Assembly: GCF_009914755.1 (NCBI RefSeq)
Contig: NC_060927.1
Reading direction: 5' to 3' (one strand)
Length of the DNA stretch: 64,000 bases
Origin: the human T2T-CHM13v2.0 reference genome, Homo sapiens
Shown piece after piece: positions 61,839 to 64,000 of this stretch. The position numbers and the translations under genes were made by a program. Position 1 is the first letter of the stretch. Each line of letters begins with the position of its first letter. The notes under the pieces are model-generated. The model did no database searches. It worked only from the letters and a program-made list of their open reading frames with translations, and was not told the DNA's origin.

Positions 61839-63243
61839 CTATCGTGGAGTTCCACACAAAGCCGTCTCCAATCAGGAAAAATGTGGTCCCGGATCCTACA
61901 TATAGCTTCTTTGATAGGGATGAAGATTTAGAATGAAAAGGTAGGCCGGCGAAATGGCCGACAGCATTTACAAAAAAATCAAAATGATATGACTAGGAAG
62001 GGATGAATTAAGACAGCTTTGGGGGGCTACTGCACTTACTTATCAGAGATCAGCAGAGGAAGTGAAAACTCAGTGCTCTGAAAATGTGAGCCATAAAATT
62101 CACTAGAAGGATACGCATCAAAGGCGAAGACAGCACATCAAATTATGATGTAAATAATTAACAAAGATTTAAAATGAAGATGGAGAGGAAAGGATTTCAA
62201 AGACATTTCAGAAAGGTGAGCTACAGAGCAGCGGGGAAAGAAATTTGTGTTCTGCTCCGTTTCATTGGATGGCCAGGAAGAACAGAAGATGAGCTTAGGC
62301 TCTTATTCAGTGTTATCTGTCATGAGACTAAAGGATTTCTGATATTCTCACACTTGTGAATTTTCTATCAGACAGTTCCAATTTAATACACACACAATTT
62401 CTTACCGAATTGCACTAGGCTGACACTGCAAGTTTTTTTCTTACCTCAAAAGGTTCAATCCACCATACGACAGCTAGCGAATTGTTTTGTCTATAGCAAA
62501 CTCAGATGTGGTTAGGATTTAAATTTAGTGTATACAGACACTTTTTCATAATTAGTATATGTATATGTGCTACAATTTCCATACACAATTATACATAAAT
62601 ATGTGACACATGCACATACTGTACACTCGATATCCATAATTCTTATCAGCAAAGTAAATCAACCTAAGTGGCAAAATATTAGAATGCTGATACCGTGTCT
62701 ATGCATTTCCTTTTATACCCCTAAGAAGCAATTTTATTAAAAACAATTTATATTTTCGAATAAGTACTTTTTAAATTAATTAACATATATCGTTCTCTTT
62801 TTTGTTTTTGCTAAACAGTAAGTTTTTCAGGCTTTCACGATTATTTTAGTGCTTGATATCCTAAAGGGAAGCTCTTTGTCAACTTGTTTTATCTTTAATA
62901 CACACTTGAGAATTTTTTTATCCTGGTAGATAAATAACTTTATTACTGTTTTTAGTTATACGTATCTATCTATACACACACGCACACACATATATATAAT
63001 TTTTCACAGAAATACAAAAAAATTGCAGAATGTAGGTGACTCAACAGAGGTAGAATTTTAGGACTCTGGAAGGCAGTGGCATTTTACTTTAAAAGAGAGC
63101 TAAAATCATCCCCTTTAACAAAAATAAGCTATACAACTCAAGTTCAATGACAACACGCTTTCTAAGCAACTGGGGCCCTAAAAGCGCTAATGACTACCTG
63201 ATCCCAGAACTTTTCCATCTAAATTCACAGAAGAGTGTCTTCA

Positions 63244-63531
<288 letters not shown>

Positions 63532-64000
63532 CTAAAGGAAAGACAAACAGAGATGACTCACCCCTAACCTACATTCTGTAAAGTGTGGGGAGACAGCTAT
63601 TACATACAAGGTGAAGGAAGGGCCAAGGACTGTAAGGCAAGATTCCAATTAAGCTTCCCTCCCCTCCTCTTTCTGGACAGAATCCAATGTATAAAATTGT
63701 GATTCTACAAACTTCCTTTACAGCAACAGCGGTTGCTCTTTTCCTCAGGGGCACTGTGGTATTAATTAAAAAATAGGTGGTGTTTTAAATTGTGATTTTT
63801 AAAAAACACACAAAAATTTTAAGCTCTTAACACAAAACCCAATACCAACAAAGACACATTTGCCAAACGAGTGTAAAAAAGGGGTTCCTGTTGCTTTGGT
63901 GGCTGGGAGATGAGGAAAGAGGAACACGATACATACGCTGGAAAAAGTATGTTAATATTCATTTTATCCCCCTGAGCAAGATGGCAGTGTATTGTTATCT

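Overview
Human-type (primate) genomic DNA, AT-rich and mostly made of transposable elements. The right end holds the 3' end of SATB1 on the minus strand: the terminal coding exon (polyQ plus homeodomain, 61805-61293), a 96-nt cassette exon of the long isoform that the ORF track misses (63531-63436), and a long 3'UTR with several poly(A) signals and miRNA seed matches. The remaining ~57 kb is intergenic. It contains a near-full-length old L1MA, a near-full-length but dead L1PA2/3, two L1PA13-15-type copies (one 5'-inverted), many Alus, MaLR LTRs, MIR/L2 and hAT/Tigger DNA transposons, often nested. I see no support for a new multi-gene biological system. The most interesting signals are SATB1 isoform possibilities and mutational footprints in the repeats: a probable gene-conversion tract between neighbouring L1s, a quasi-palindrome template switch, microhomology deletions, a templated insertion and an interrupted MER53 hairpin. 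Repeat subfamily names come from recalled consensus sequences and were not checked by alignment; boundaries of old repeats are approximate.
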